From the NCBI GenBank assembly GCA_965214405.1, contig OZ243956.1:3904001-3968000 (forward strand): DNA of 64,000 nt, written 5' to 3'. Below, piece by piece: positions 62,993 to 64,000 of the stretch (positions are counted from its first letter, which is position 1; every line of letters starts with the position of its first letter). Under the pieces are notes generated by a model, which did not search any database, was not told the origin of the DNA, and saw only the letters and a program-made list of their open reading frames with translations. The stretch comes from Trueperaceae bacterium (GTDB lineage: Bacteria > Deinococcota > Deinococci > Deinococcales > Trueperaceae). The position numbers were made by a program, and so were the translations under genes.

Positions 62993-63679
62993 TTAAAGAT
63001 CTAAGTCCGTGAGCCAGAGCAGCCTCTCCTCGGCTCCAACCGCTTGGGCGGGATAACGCTCCGGGTCGTGCGCGGCTCGGAGCGTATTCGTAAGCGCCTC
63101 CCGTTTCCCCTCACCCGACACCAAAAAGGCCACCACCCGGCTCCGGGAAATCGCGCCCGCGGTGAGGCTCAGCCGTGTGCCCCGCTCCTCGGTACGGCTC
63201 ACAACGGTGAGGCCCTGCGCCTGAACCGCCCCGGTACCCGGAAAAAGGCTCGCCGTGTGCCCGTCCTCGCCCAAGCCCAAAAAGGTGAGGTCGAAGCGGG
63301 GGAGTTTGCCGAGCGTGGCTTGCAGGAGCGTTTCGTAGGTTCGCGCGGCTCCCTCCGGGTCGTTTGGCACGAAGGGCCAGGGGTGGATGTTGTTGAGCGG
63401 CACCGGCACGTGTTTGAGCAGCGCCTCGTCGGCGTTGCCGAAGTTGCTATCTGGGTCGTTGTGGGGGACAAAACGCTCATCACCCCAAAATAGGATGGTT
63501 TGTTCCCACGGGAGGTCGGCTCGAGTCTTGAGGATTTCATACATCGCCAGCGGCGTGGAGCCGCCGGAGAGGAGGGCGACGAAGCGACCTTCTTTTTGGA
63601 CGCTTTCTTTCGAAAGTTCGGTAAATAGGTCGGCGGCGGCCTCGGCAACGGCGGGGACGGTTAGGATTTCGGGTGTCAT
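62993..63679 (-). CDS. pgl: 6-phosphogluconolactonase
   Basis: LSGGSTP, GDERFVP, GEDGHTASLFP. Confidence 0.95.
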   Translation of the reverse strand: MTPEILTVPAVAEAAADLFTELSKESVQKEGRFVALLSGGSTPLAMYEILKTRADLPWEQTILFWGDERFVPHNDPDSNFGNADEALLKHVPVPLNNIHPWPFVPNDPEGAARTYETLLQATLGKLPRFDLTFLGLGEDGHTASLFPGTGAVQAQGLTVVSRTEERGTRLSLTAGAISRSRVVAFLVSGEGKREALTNTLRAAHDPERYPAQAVGAEERLLWLTDLDL

Positions 63680-63757
63680 GAGGGTGAGTATAAGGGAACG
63701 GGAGCTGGGGAACCGTCCCTCGTCCCCGTTTGCTTTGTTAAGGGTAGACTCGAGCCC

Positions 63758-64000
63758 ATGACACCAACCCGCGAAGACGCTTACAAGCTGATGACGGAGT
63801 GGACCGAGTCCGACTCCTTACGCAAACACATGCTCGCCGTCGAGGCGGCGGTGGTCGCCTACGCCAAGAGGTTTGGTGAGGACGAAGAGGCGTGGGCGGC
63901 GACCGCGCTGCTGCACGACTTCGACTATGAAAAATACCCCGAGCCGAGCGAGGAGGGCCATCCCTTTGTCGGCGTGCGTTATCTGCGAGAAGAGGGCTAC
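63758..64000 (+). CDS. HD-domain protein (partial)
   Basis: MTPTREDAYKLMTEWTESDSLRKHMLAVEAA...LLHDFDYEKYP; runs off window end. Confidence 0.85.
   Translation, partial: MTPTREDAYKLMTEWTESDSLRKHMLAVEAAVVAYAKRFGEDEEAWAATALLHDFDYEKYPEPSEEGHPFVGVRYLREEGY

Overview
High-GC bacterial chromosome segment. Gene content (pyrR-pyrB-pyrC, gcvTHP, mglAB, PSP1/RicT, glgP) and many apparently leaderless genes suggest Deinococcota, probably Truepera-like; this taxonomy is inference. Most of the window is housekeeping. Three IS elements can be delimited by their terminal repeats. One splits the signal peptide of the solute-binding protein of a LacI/GH151-like glycosidase/sulfatase/ABC sugar locus. One lies just upstream of the pyr promoter. 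One IS3-family element truncates a large HExxH metallopeptidase-like lipoprotein. The most striking accessory locus is 40.7-46.7 kb. Removing the IS3 restores the peptidase gene, which leads directly into a tandem array of five paralogous ~170-aa two-cysteine lipoproteins. Each copy is followed by its own hairpin, and the copies differ in discrete hypervariable segments, making this a candidate protease plus inhibitor/immunity (or variable surface binder) system. Other highlights are strong over-representation of the palindrome CTCGAG in core but not foreign DNA, an AfsA-like double-hotdog gene convergent on a membrane GGDEF-EAL gene, an E2-like pseudo-enzyme with a long acidic disordered linker, and a leaderless uORF before ricT. 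All calls come from reading the sequence; no searches were run.
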